Positions 1 to 9,791 of a stretch of 64,000 nt of DNA are shown here, piece after piece. The translations under genes were made by a program, and so were the position numbers. The DNA is from Planctomycetota bacterium. Its GTDB lineage: Bacteria; Planctomycetota; UBA11346. Where the stretch lies: contig JBBRLJ010000003.1 in assembly GCA_038231435.1 (NCBI GenBank), positions 133,407-197,406 on the forward strand, written 5' to 3'. Numbering within the stretch: position 1 is the first letter of the stretch; the number at the start of each line of letters is the position of its first letter. The notes under the pieces are model-generated. The model saw only the letters and a list, made by a program, of their open reading frames with translations. It made no database searches and was not told the DNA's origin.

Positions 1-35
1 GAGAGCCAGCAATCGACGGCTTCGGCGCGATTCAT
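1..35 (-). CDS. 5' end of a gene running off the window (MNRAEAVDCWL...), probably the anti-sigma/FecR-like partner of the ECF sigma
   Basis: ATG at 35 overlaps the sigma factor TGA (ATGA coupling). Only 11 codons are visible, so function is inferred from position. Confidence 0.45.
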   Translation of the reverse strand, partial: MNRAEAVDCWL

Positions 36-607
36 GTGGCCGCCTGGGCGCCGAGACGGCGCTCGAGGCATGCGCGCAGCGCCTGCCGCACGCGCATCAA
101 CGCCATGCGCACCGCGCCGTGCCCCTGGTCACGGGCTACAGCGATCTCGGCGCACGAGCGCTGGGCGAAGTAGTGCTCTTCGATCAGCTCGCGCTGGGTC
201 TCGGACAAGGCGCCGAGACAGATGCCGAGCGCCTCGCTCTCCTGCAGACGGTCAGAGAGGCGATCGGCATCGGCCTCGAGAGCGTCGATGCGCCAGCCGG
301 CGATGGCCTCGGCGAGCATGTCCGCGTCGCGGCTCAGACGGCGTCGATGGGCGCGCAGGCTCGCCAAGGCCTGGTTGCGCGCGATGCCGGCCAGCCAGGC
401 GCCGAACGGGACCTCTTCCCGGAAGCTCGGCAAGTTGCGCCAGGCGGCCATGAAGACCTCCTGAGCCAGATCGTCGACGGTCGCGGCGTCGCGGACCCAG
501 CGCGCGAGGTAGCCGCGAACGCGCGCATGGTGGAGCCCCACCAGCGACGCGAAGGCGTCATGGGATCCCTCGCGGGCGGCGGATACGATGTCGTTCTCAT
601 CGAGCAT
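32..607 (-). CDS. ECF-family RNA polymerase sigma-70 factor
   Basis: Region 2 'VDDLAQEVF...FGAWLAGIARN' and region 4 'LSETQRELIEEHY...SCAEIA...AVRMALMRVRQALRACLE'. Start moved to ATG 607. Confidence 0.93.
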   Translation of the reverse strand: MLDENDIVSAAREGSHDAFASLVGLHHARVRGYLARWVRDAATVDDLAQEVFMAAWRNLPSFREEVPFGAWLAGIARNQALASLRAHRRRLSRDADMLAEAIAGWRIDALEADADRLSDRLQESEALGICLGALSETQRELIEEHYFAQRSCAEIAVARDQGHGAVRMALMRVRQALRACLERRLGAQAAT

Positions 608-849
608 GGGCTGTCTCCAGAGCACGTTGCCGCCATCGGGCGGGTGTCACGGGCGGGCTTGACGATTCGCGCGATCGGCGCACGCCTGGGAAGTCTCTGG
701 GCCGCGATAGTCCTGCGGCGAACCACGCCCGAGCACGCCATAGTCATGCATTCCACCGCTCCTGGCGCATCGCCGGGCCGATGCGCCAGCGGGCCCGGGC
801 ACTGGGTGGATGAGACACCCGAGCTATGGCCGAGGTCCCTCGCATGGGG

Positions 850-855
850 TATGCT
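850..855 (+). promoter_or_regulatory. putative -10 element (ggggTATGCT) 5 nt before ATG 861
   Basis: The same motif and spacing recur before the paralog at 4143-4148. No SD sequence is present. Confidence 0.55.
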
Positions 856-860
856 ACGAC

Positions 861-3800
861 ATGGGGCTGCCCTCCGCCGCGACCGCCCGGATGACGCAGA
901 CCGTGGCCATCGCTGGATCAGCCCCGCTTCCTCCCCCAGCCGTCTCCACGGTCCCGGCATCTGGCGACCAGCCGCCGGCGCTCGCGAATCCCAGCATCGC
1001 ATCCCAGCTGCATCGCAAGGCCCCCGCCACTGGCGACGAGCACCGCTACGAGATCGGCTCGCTGCTCGGCGCCGGCGCGAACGGCCGCATCTATGCCGTC
1101 CGCGATCGCGATCTCGACCGTTCGATCGCAGTCAAATACCTGTCACACCAGGATGTCGGCAGCGACGACGTCCTCGAGAGCTTCCTCAACGAGGCGCGCA
1201 TCACCGCTTCGCTCCAGCACCCGAACGTGCTCCCGGTCCACGAGATCGCGGTCGACCAGCGTGGGCAGGTGTACTTCACCATGAAGCGCATCGAGGGGCG
1301 ATCGCTCGCCGATGCCATCGACGCGTCGACCTCCGAAGCGCGCGACGAACTGATCTCGTCTTCGAGCCGTATCGTGTCGATCGCGATCAATGTCTGCAGC
1401 GCGCTCGCCTACGCCCATCACCACCGCATCGTGCACCAGGACGTCAAGCCATCGAACATCATGCTCGGGAAGTTCGGTGAAGTCCTGCTCATCGATTGGG
1501 GCAGCGCGATGGCCCTCGACAAGCCGGGAGCCGCCAAGCACCTTTATGGCACGCCGCTGTACATGAGCCCAGAGCAGGCACAGCGCAGCCACGCCGACGA
1601 ACGCAGCGATGTGTACTGCATGGGCGCGACCCTGTTCCATGCGCTCACGCTGCGCTACCCGACCATGTGTTGGGACGAGGACGAGTTGTGGAAGCTGAAG
1701 CGCGAAGGCCGCATCGATCCGCCCACTCCCGATGAGCGCGCCCAGACCCCGCCGGCGCTGCTCGCCATCGCCTTGAAGGCCCTGGCCCCCTCGCCCGAGG
1801 CGCGCTACGCCGACGCCTCCGCCATGCTCGCCGACCTGCAGGCCTACCAGGCCGGCATGGCGGTGAGCGCGCGCTCGGACACGCTGCTCGAGCGCTTCCG
1901 ACGCTGGTACCGCGCCAACGCCCGGGTGTTCTGGATCGCATGCTCATCCGCCGCGGCCATCGCCGCGATCTCGGCCGCCTTCCTGGTCGAGAAGTCCAAG
2001 GAACATGCCGCCTGGCACGTGGTCTACGATGAGGATTTCACGCACGCCACGCCCGCGTCGCTGGCCGCCACGTGGATGGGCCTGAACGGGAATCCAGGCG
2101 ACGATGGCTTCCACGAGATACCGCTGACCTCGAAACGCTTCTCGATCCAGGACGGGTGCGTGCACCTGATCGGGGAACTCGGCTACACCGAACTGTCGTA
2201 CCGCGCCGATCTCTTCGGCGATGTGCGCGTGGAATGGGATTATTCCCAGCCCAAGGGCAACCAGAACCTCAATTGCTTCATCGGCGGGCACGACCGCTGG
2301 ACCGGCTATACCTTCCACGTGGGCTCGTGGTTGAATCCGGCCTACGTGGCGCTCACCACCGGACCCCAGTACCCGATCCTCGATTGCGATTATCTCGCAC
2401 ATCCGCTCGAGACCGGCCGCGTCTACCGCTTCACGATGGAGAAGGAGGGCTCACGCCTGCGCTTGCGCATGGACGGGAATACCATCTTCGACGACGAGAA
2501 TCCGGCGATGGCGTACGGCGACGCCTCGAGCGCGTTCGGATTCGACTGCGTCGATGGTTCCGATCTGGTGGTCACGCACGTGCGCGTCTCGCACAAGCCC
2601 ATCCCACAGAAGATCTCGCCGTTGGCGGTGGCGGACAAGCTGCTGCAGATCCACGACTACCCCCGGGCGGGATCGCAGTACCTGGACATCATGACCTCCT
2701 ACCCGGGTACCGAGCTCGCCCAGACCGCCGGTTTCCGCATGGCGGTGTGCGCCATCCGCTCCGGCGACGAAGCCAACGGAGTGAAGCAACTCGAAGCATT
2801 CGTGGCGGCCCACCCCGACGACACGCTCGCGCCATATGCGCTCTACGAGCTGCTCGATGCCAGCCGCCGCCATCACGACGACGCGCGCTCGGCACGTTTG
2901 CGTGAAGCGTTGGTGCGCTGGCGCGAACATCCCATCCTCCAGCGCGTCATCGCCCAGCTGGCCGAAGATCACCTGCCCGAGCTCGCGACTGCGAAGGTGG
3001 CCAAGGTCAGCGATCAGCTCTACCGGCCCGACATCGTCGAGCGCATCCATGCCACGCTGGACGAGCTGCACCTGTGGGGTGATCGCTACGGGACCGCGTG
3101 GTGGAAGAACTCGTACGTGTTCAGCTCGCCCGACGTGCTGCACTACCTCGGACACCATCGTGACGTCGCCGACCGCTATCCTCCCCAGTCGACCACCGTC
3201 GGCATCGCCTTCCTGCGCATGGGGCTGTACGGCGAGCTCCTCGCGCGCTTCCCCCACGATCCCTTCCTTCGCGGCGCCGCGCTCGCCGATCAGGGCCGCG
3301 AGGACGAGGATGAGGGATCGTGGATGCACTGGCAGATCCTGCTCGATAGCGGCAGGTACGCCGAAGCGCTTGCGGATCCGCGGGTGCGCACCTACATGCG
3401 CGCCCGCGCCTTGCTGCTGGCCGGGAAATACGAGGAAGTGGCGGCGGACTACCGCTATTCGTCATGGGACTGCGCCGACGCCCTGGTAGCCCTCGGCAGG
3501 CCCGAGGAGATCGGCGCCATCGACCCGTCGGACTCGACGCAGGCGCGCATGCTGCTGGAGACCGGCCGGCTGGACGAGGTGGTGGCGAAGTATCCCGGCG
3601 AGTACGACGCCCTCTATCGGGTGGTGCTGCACTACGTGATGCAGGGCGAAACCGCGAAGGCGCGGACACTGCTCGACGATCTGGCCATCGCCCAGGTACC
3701 GGCTGGCGGCGACTACCTGATGTTCCAGCGCGACGTCTTCCCGTACGCGTTGCGCATGATCTCGGGAGAGACCGGAGACGGGCCCGGTGCATTCGCAGAG

Positions 3801-4082
3801 ACCCTCGCCCACCGCTACCAGAGCCGGCAGCGCATGTGGCATCTCGCGGCGTTCATCGCCGGGACCATCGACGAGGCGGCGTTCAACGCCCAGCCGTACC
3901 GCTATCTGGCCAAGGAACGCCTGGTGTTCGCGCAGGCCCTGCGCGCCGACTGCCATCGGAACGGCTCCGAGGCCCTGGCGCGGTATCGGGAATACGCGGC
4001 CTCGCCGTGCTTCCCTTCGTATCCGGTGCTGTTCGAGCGCGAATTCGTGCGCTGGCGCATCGACGTGCTGTCCAAGCCGTGA
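861..4082 (+). CDS. membrane Ser/Thr protein kinase with ConA/lectin-like and TPR-like C-terminal region (copy 1)
   Basis: GAGANG loop, AVK, HQDVKPSN, DWG, GTPLYMSPEQ, then a TM segment 'VFWIACSSAAAIAAISAAFLV'. Start set by alignment with the paralog N-terminus. Confidence 0.9.
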   Translation: MGLPSAATARMTQTVAIAGSAPLPPPAVSTVPASGDQPPALANPSIASQLHRKAPATGDEHRYEIGSLLGAGANGRIYAVRDRDLDRSIAVKYLSHQDVGSDDVLESFLNEARITASLQHPNVLPVHEIAVDQRGQVYFTMKRIEGRSLADAIDASTSEARDELISSSSRIVSIAINVCSALAYAHHHRIVHQDVKPSNIMLGKFGEVLLIDWGSAMALDKPGAAKHLYGTPLYMSPEQAQRSHADERSDVYCMGATLFHALTLRYPTMCWDEDELWKLKREGRIDPPTPDERAQTPPALLAIALKALAPSPEARYADASAMLADLQAYQAGMAVSARSDTLLERFRRWYRANARVFWIACSSAAAIAAISAAFLVEKSKEHAAWHVVYDEDFTHATPASLAATWMGLNGNPGDDGFHEIPLTSKRFSIQDGCVHLIGELGYTELSYRADLFGDVRVEWDYSQPKGNQNLNCFIGGHDRWTGYTFHVGSWLNPAYVALTTGPQYPILDCDYLAHPLETGRVYRFTMEKEGSRLRLRMDGNTIFDDENPAMAYGDASSAFGFDCVDGSDLVVTHVRVSHKPIPQKISPLAVADKLLQIHDYPRAGSQYLDIMTSYPGTELAQTAGFRMAVCAIRSGDEANGVKQLEAFVAAHPDDTLAPYALYELLDASRRHHDDARSARLREALVRWREHPILQRVIAQLAEDHLPELATAKVAKVSDQLYRPDIVERIHATLDELHLWGDRYGTAWWKNSYVFSSPDVLHYLGHHRDVADRYPPQSTTVGIAFLRMGLYGELLARFPHDPFLRGAALADQGREDEDEGSWMHWQILLDSGRYAEALADPRVRTYMRARALLLAGKYEEVAADYRYSSWDCADALVALGRPEEIGAIDPSDSTQARMLLETGRLDEVVAKYPGEYDALYRVVLHYVMQGETAKARTLLDDLAIAQVPAGGDYLMFQRDVFPYALRMISGETGDGPGAFAETLAHRYQSRQRMWHLAAFIAGTIDEAAFNAQPYRYLAKERLVFAQALRADCHRNGSEALARYREYAASPCFPSYPVLFEREFVRWRIDVLSKP

Positions 4083-4142
4083 TCCGGGGGTGGGGCCGAG
4101 TGCCATCGGCATCGAGTAGTGGCCGGCATTGGCCGCTTGGGG

Positions 4143-4148
4143 TATACT
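4143..4148 (+). promoter_or_regulatory. putative -10 element (ggggTATACT) 5 nt before ATG 4154
   Basis: Near-consensus -10 hexamer directly ahead of the start codon. Confidence 0.6.
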
Positions 4149-4153
4149 GAGCC

Positions 4154-7100
4154 ATGGGATCGCCTTCCGACGCGATCGGCCGGATGACCCGGACCGTGGC
4201 CATCGCCGGATCGATCCCCGAGCCGATCGCGGTCCCCGTCGGAGACGACGGTCCTCCTGCGCTCGCGCATCCCAGCCTCGCCTCGATGCTCCATCTCGAC
4301 GGCGTCCCCGACGGTACTGAGACCCGCTACGAACTCGGCGAGATGCTCGGCGCCGGCGGCAACGGCAGGATCTACTCGGTGCGCGATCGCGACCTCGATC
4401 GCCCGGTCGCCCTCAAATACCTGGCACGCCAGGCTGACGACCGCGACTCCCTCAAGGCGTTCCTCAACGAAGCGCGCATCACCGCCTCGCTCCAACATCC
4501 CAACGTGCTCCCGGTGCACGAAATCGCCGTCGACCAGCGCGGGCAGGTGTACTTCACCATGAAGCGGATCGAGGGCCGTTCCCTCGCCGATGCCATCGAC
4601 GCTTCCACGCCCGCCTCGCGAAATGAGCACATCTCCAACATCGGCCGCATGGTCTCGATCGCGATCGACGTGTGCAGCGCCCTCGCCTACGCTCATCATC
4701 ACCGCATCGTGCATCAGGACGTCAAGCCGGCGAACATCATGCTCGGCACGTTCGGCGAGGTGCTGCTCATCGACTGGGGCAGCGCGATCCTGCTCGACAC
4801 GACGAAGCCCGGCGAGCACCTCTACGGGACCCCGTTGTACATGAGCCCCGAGCAGGCTCGGCGCAGCCACGCCGACGAGCGCAGTGACGTGTACTGCCTG
4901 GGCGGGACGCTCCTGCACATGCTGACGCTGCGTTATCCGCTCATGGCCGACGACGAGAATGAGCTGTGGCGTAAGAAGCGCGATGGCCTCATCGATGCTC
5001 CCTCGCCCGATGAGCGCGCCGGTATTCCACCGGCGCTGATGGCCATCACCCTGCGTGCCTTGGCCTCGGCCCCCGAGGCTCGCTACGCGAACGCCAAGGC
5101 GATGCTCGACGACCTGGAGGCGTACCAGGCGGGCCTGGCGGTGTCGGCGCGATCGGACACCCTGCTCGACCGTTGCCGGCGCTGGTACCGCCACAATGCG
5201 AGGCTGTTCTGGGTCTCGGCGGCGTTGCTCGCGGTCATCGCCGCGGTCTCCGGCGCTTTCCTGGTCGAGAAATCGAAGGAGCGCGCCGACTGGCACGTGG
5301 TGTACACCGAGGACTTCTCCCATGCGACGCCGAAATCCATCGCCGCGTCGTGGATGGGCATGACGGGGTATCCGGGAGACACCGCGTTCGTCGAATTGCC
5401 CTTGGATTCGCAGCGGCTCTCGATCGAGGACGGCCACGTGCGACTGCTTGGCGGCCATGGCTACACCGACCTCACCTATCGGGGCGATCTGACTGGCGAT
5501 GTACGCGTGGAATGGGAATACACCTCACCGGTCTCCAAGCTCGATCTGAACTGCTTCATCGGCGGCCATGACCGCCTGTCAGGTTACACCTTCCACATCG
5601 GTTCGTGGTCGAACTCCGCGTATGTCTCGCTCACCACCATGCCCAAGTACGCGATCCTCGACTGCGACTACCTGGCCCACCCGCTCGAGGCCGGCCACCC
5701 GTACCGCTTCGCGATGGAGAAGGAAGGCTCGCGGCTGCGCCTGCGCATCGACGGCACGACCATCTTCGACGACGAGAATCCGGCGATGGCCTACGGCGAC
5801 GCGTCGAGCGCATTCGGATTCGACTGCGTGGAGAATTCCGAGGTGATCATCTCGCACGTGCGGGTCTCGCACAAACCAATGCCGCAGCGGATTTCGCCGA
5901 TCGCGGTGGCCGACAAACTGATGCAGATCCGCGACTACGCGCGCGCGGAATCGCAGTACCAGGACATCGGCATGGCGTATTCCGGGACCGACCTCGCCCG
6001 CGTCGCCAGCTTCCGCATGGCGGTATGCGCGCTGCGCTCCGGAGCCGTGGATCGCGGCGCCACGCAGCTCGCATCGTTCGTGCAGGACCGCCCACGCGAC
6101 CAGCTCACCCCGTACGCGCTCTATGAACTGCTGCAGGTGAGCCGGGAGCGCCATGACGATGCGGAAGCGGCCCGCCTGCGCGAAGCGCTCGTGCAGTGGC
6201 GCGGCCACGCCATCCTCCAGCGAGTCATCGCCCAGCTGGCCGATGCCCACCTCTCCGAGCTCGAGAACGTGGAGAGCGGGGGAGTCAGGGAACCGCTCCA
6301 CCCCGCGGGCGTCGTCGAGCGCATCCACGCCACCCTCGACGAGCTCCATCTCTGGGGCGACCGCTATGGCACGGCGTGGTGGAAGAACACCTACGTGTTC
6401 ACCTCGCCGGGGGTGCTCGAGGACCTCGGCCTCTTCCGCGACATCGTCGAGCGCTACCCACCGCGATCGACCACGGTCGGCATAGCGCTGATCAAGATGG
6501 GCAAGTACGACGAGGCGTTGGCGCGATTCGCCCACGATCCCCTGGTGAAGGGCGTCGCGCTCATGGATCTCGGTCGGGGGGATGAGAGCCCGGATTCGTA
6601 CGGATACCTCCAGGTTCTCATGGATCGCGGCGAGTACGCGGCGGTGCTCGCGAACCCTGGCGCGCACGGCGAATTCCGCGCCCACGCGCTGGTGCTCGCG
6701 GGCAGGTACGAGGAAGTGCTCGCGTCGTACCGCTATTCGATCTGGGAATGCGCCGACGCCCTCATCGCCTTGGGTAGGCCCGCCGAGATCGGAACACTCG
6801 AACCCGGCAACGGACTCCAGGCAGTGATGCTGGTCGAGACCGGACGGCTCGACGAGGTGGTGGAGAAGTATCCCCATGAATACCCCGCCTTGTACCGGGT
6901 GGTCTTGCATCGACTGGTGGCGGGGGACACCGTCCGAGCGCGAGCGCTGCTCGACGATCTGGATGCCGCCAAGGTTCCGGAGGGCAACGAATACCTGATG
7001 TTCGAGCGCGACATCTTCCCCTCTGCGCTGCGCATGATCACGGGCGAGACCAGCGACGGCCCGGGAGCGTTCGCCAAGACCCTGGCGACCCCCTTCCGCT

Positions 7101-7360
7101 GCCGGCAGCGCATGTGGCACCTGGCCTCGTTCATCGCCGGCACCATCGACGAACCCGCGTTCGAGGCCCAGCCGTACCGCTACCTGGCGAAGGAACGGCT
7201 GCTGTTCGCCCGTGCGCTGCGCGCGGATTGCCATCATCAGCGCGACGAAGCGTCGCGGGACTACCTCGCCTACTCGCGGCTCCCCTGCTTCCGCTCGTAC
7301 GCCAACACCTTCGAGCGCGAGTTCGTACGTTGGCGGATCGACGCGCTATCCAAGGAGTGA
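4154..7360 (+). CDS. membrane Ser/Thr protein kinase, tandem paralog of 861..4082 (copy 2)
   Basis: GAGGNG, ALK, HQDVKPAN, DWG, GTPLYMSPEQ. Collinear with copy 1 over its full length. Confidence 0.9.
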   Translation: MGSPSDAIGRMTRTVAIAGSIPEPIAVPVGDDGPPALAHPSLASMLHLDGVPDGTETRYELGEMLGAGGNGRIYSVRDRDLDRPVALKYLARQADDRDSLKAFLNEARITASLQHPNVLPVHEIAVDQRGQVYFTMKRIEGRSLADAIDASTPASRNEHISNIGRMVSIAIDVCSALAYAHHHRIVHQDVKPANIMLGTFGEVLLIDWGSAILLDTTKPGEHLYGTPLYMSPEQARRSHADERSDVYCLGGTLLHMLTLRYPLMADDENELWRKKRDGLIDAPSPDERAGIPPALMAITLRALASAPEARYANAKAMLDDLEAYQAGLAVSARSDTLLDRCRRWYRHNARLFWVSAALLAVIAAVSGAFLVEKSKERADWHVVYTEDFSHATPKSIAASWMGMTGYPGDTAFVELPLDSQRLSIEDGHVRLLGGHGYTDLTYRGDLTGDVRVEWEYTSPVSKLDLNCFIGGHDRLSGYTFHIGSWSNSAYVSLTTMPKYAILDCDYLAHPLEAGHPYRFAMEKEGSRLRLRIDGTTIFDDENPAMAYGDASSAFGFDCVENSEVIISHVRVSHKPMPQRISPIAVADKLMQIRDYARAESQYQDIGMAYSGTDLARVASFRMAVCALRSGAVDRGATQLASFVQDRPRDQLTPYALYELLQVSRERHDDAEAARLREALVQWRGHAILQRVIAQLADAHLSELENVESGGVREPLHPAGVVERIHATLDELHLWGDRYGTAWWKNTYVFTSPGVLEDLGLFRDIVERYPPRSTTVGIALIKMGKYDEALARFAHDPLVKGVALMDLGRGDESPDSYGYLQVLMDRGEYAAVLANPGAHGEFRAHALVLAGRYEEVLASYRYSIWECADALIALGRPAEIGTLEPGNGLQAVMLVETGRLDEVVEKYPHEYPALYRVVLHRLVAGDTVRARALLDDLDAAKVPEGNEYLMFERDIFPSALRMITGETSDGPGAFAKTLATPFRCRQRMWHLASFIAGTIDEPAFEAQPYRYLAKERLLFARALRADCHHQRDEASRDYLAYSRLPCFRSYANTFEREFVRWRIDALSKE

Positions 7361-7628
7361 CCCGCGCCCCGAGGGCTGGGGCCCTTCATAAGTCGCAGCT
7401 TCCGTTCGCCAAGTCGGCGTAACGCACCCGCCGGCAACGGGAACCTGCGGTCTCCCATGGGTTTTTGCCGGCCTACCCGGTGACACAGGCGGGCGCCGAC
7501 CTGTTCAGGTTTCACGCGTATGGTGGCGGGAATCCCTTTTCGGGTACGGTGGTCGGATGGGGCCAGGCAAACGCCGCCGGTCGGCCATTCCGTCACAGCG
7601 CGAAACCATCCCCGAAATCCAGGAGCCG

Positions 7629-9581
7629 ATGATGCTGCCAACTCTCCTCCGTGCGGCGCTCTGCGTGATCATCTTCGCCCTCTTCACCTCGCCGCTGTCG
7701 GCATCGGTGACCGCGAGCGATTTCGCGTTTCGCAGCTACACCGCCGGCGGGCTGACCGTGCCCTACCGCATGTATTCCCCTGCGAGCCTGCAGGCCGGGA
7801 CCACCTATCCGCTGATCATCTTCCTGCACGGCATCGGCGAACGCGGCACCGACAACGCCGCACAGCTGGCGGGAAACTGCCAGGGCAGCTGGATCTTCCT
7901 GTCCGACACCAACCAGGCGAAGCAGAAGTGCTTCTTCATCGCGCCGCAATGTCCCGGCAACATCGATTGGGGCGATGGGCAGATGGAGACCAATCTCGCG
8001 GCCATCATCCAGCAGCTGCCGTCGTCGTTCGCCATCGATCCCGACCGCATCTACATCACCGGCATCTCGCTGGGCGGCGCTGGCACCTGGGCGATGATGG
8101 CAAACCACGGCGGCCTGTTCGCGTGCGCCATCCCCCAGTCGGGTTGGGGAGCTGGCAATTACGCCTCCTTCAAGACCGTGCCGTTGTGGTGCTTCCATGC
8201 CAACGATGACGGCGTGGTGGGCGTGGGCGCCGATGACGGCGCCATCGCGGCCATGCGCACGGTCGGCGGCGAGCCCATCTACACGCGCTACGATTTCGGC
8301 AACCACGGGATCTGGACCCAGGCGTACGCCACGCCACCGCTGTTCGATTGGATGGTGGCGCAGCGCCGCTCGGCTCCTCAGAGCGTGGCCCCGGCGGTGC
8401 ACATCACCTCACCCACCGCATCGGCCGCGTGGACGACCAACCAGGCTACTGCCTCGTTCGCCGGCGACGCCTCGGCCATCGCCTCGGTCACCAGCGTCGC
8501 CTGGCAGTACACCAACACCGACTCCAGCGAGGCCGGCTACCAGGCTGGAACCGCGGCCGGGACCGCGAGCTGGAGCTTCGGCCCGGTGACGCTGCGCGCT
8601 GGCCAGACCGTGCGCATGCGCGCGCTCGCTACCGGCACCAGCTGGTCGTCCGTCGGTTGGGCGGGCAATACCACCTTCAGCGACAGTCTCGACGTCACCC
8701 AGCAGGCCGGAGCCGTCGACGGCACGCCGCCCGCGGTGACCATCACCTCTCCGACCGCCGCCGCCACCTGGACGGCCAGCTCCGCGTCGATGGCGCTGGG
8801 AGGAACGGCATCGGACAACGTGGGCGTCACCAACGTTACCTGGAGTAGCAATCGCGGCGGTTCAGGCAACGCCTCGGGAACCGGCGCGTGGAGCGTCCCG
8901 TCCATCGCTCTGCAAGCCGGCAGCAACATCATCACCGTCACCGCCTCGGACGCGGCCGGCAACACCGCGACCGATGCGATCACGGTTTCATGGACCGCGC
9001 CCAGCGGAACCGGCACCGGAACGGGCACGGGTACTGGAACCGGCACGCCGGCAACAGGCACCGGCGGCTTCGCCACCCAGTATTTCCACACCATCGACCT
9101 CACCGGCTCGTACGTGAGCGCGGGGGTGTCAGCCATCGACTTCGACTGGGGTGCCGGATCACCCGACGCAGCGATCGGCGTCGACAATTTCAGTGCGCGC
9201 TGGACAGGCATGGCGACGCCCGCCACCTCGGGCTCCTACACCTTCTTCGCCACTGGCGACGATGGCGTTCGCCTATGGGTCGACGGCGTCCTGGTGATCG
9301 ATCACTGGGTCGATCAGGCCGCAACCGAGTACAGCGCCGTGGTCACCCTCACCGCTGGCATCGCCGCGTCGATCCGCATGGAATATTATGATCATGGCGG
9401 CAGCGCGGTCGCGCGCCTGATGTGGTCCAGCACGGGCGTGCCGAAGCAGGCGATCCAAGCCGATGCCGCCACCACCCAGGCCCAGGGCAGCCACGGCTGC
9501 GGCTTCGGCGGCGCCGCGGGACTGCTGCTGGCCGCGCTGCTGCTGGGCCAGCTCTCGATTCGACGACGTGTCCAGGGCTGA
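7629..9581 (+). CDS. secreted alpha/beta-hydrolase (esterase/peptidase) with Ig-like repeats, Thr-Gly linker, PA14 domain and C-terminal TM anchor
   Basis: SD AGGAG at 7621; signal peptide; YPLIIFLHG, GISLGG nucleophile, Asp/His candidates (HANDD, GNHG); 'VTITSPT' Ig-like repeats; PA14 'IDFDWGAGSP...FSARWTG...DDGVRLWVDG'; GCGFGG-TM-RRR tail. Confidence 0.85.
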   Translation: MMLPTLLRAALCVIIFALFTSPLSASVTASDFAFRSYTAGGLTVPYRMYSPASLQAGTTYPLIIFLHGIGERGTDNAAQLAGNCQGSWIFLSDTNQAKQKCFFIAPQCPGNIDWGDGQMETNLAAIIQQLPSSFAIDPDRIYITGISLGGAGTWAMMANHGGLFACAIPQSGWGAGNYASFKTVPLWCFHANDDGVVGVGADDGAIAAMRTVGGEPIYTRYDFGNHGIWTQAYATPPLFDWMVAQRRSAPQSVAPAVHITSPTASAAWTTNQATASFAGDASAIASVTSVAWQYTNTDSSEAGYQAGTAAGTASWSFGPVTLRAGQTVRMRALATGTSWSSVGWAGNTTFSDSLDVTQQAGAVDGTPPAVTITSPTAAATWTASSASMALGGTASDNVGVTNVTWSSNRGGSGNASGTGAWSVPSIALQAGSNIITVTASDAAGNTATDAITVSWTAPSGTGTGTGTGTGTGTPATGTGGFATQYFHTIDLTGSYVSAGVSAIDFDWGAGSPDAAIGVDNFSARWTGMATPATSGSYTFFATGDDGVRLWVDGVLVIDHWVDQAATEYSAVVTLTAGIAASIRMEYYDHGGSAVARLMWSSTGVPKQAIQADAATTQAQGSHGCGFGGAAGLLLAALLLGQLSIRRRVQG

Positions 9582-9582
9582 C

Positions 9583-9617
9583 GCGGGCTGCTGCGGGCTG
9601 CTGCGGGCTGCTGCGGG
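9583..9617. repeat. 10-bp tandem repeat (gcgggctgct) x3.5
   Basis: Read directly, immediately after the stop codon at 9581. Confidence 0.85.
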
Positions 9618-9791
9618 ATAGACCGGCAGGAGCCACGCGGGCGACCCCCAAGGCTCGTCGACGCGCGAGCAATGTGTCCATAATTTCGCGTCGCCGTGGA
9701 CATCCCTGGCGCGCGAGGGCACCATCCGTCATCGGTCGGAGGTGTCGGCTCGTCGAGCCCGCGCGCCGATCCTCCGCATCGAGGATCCCCC

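Noticed and set aside
440..495. Phospho-activated ECF signature (Ser/Thr replacing the acidic region 2.2 motif)
   Set aside because: The sigma retains acidic VDDLAQE, so there is no direct sequence support for kinase-dependent activation.
7361..7628. Possible riboswitch in the long leader of the esterase gene
   Set aside because: No aptamer consensus I recognise (e.g. c-di-GMP-I) could be matched; an Rfam scan would be needed.
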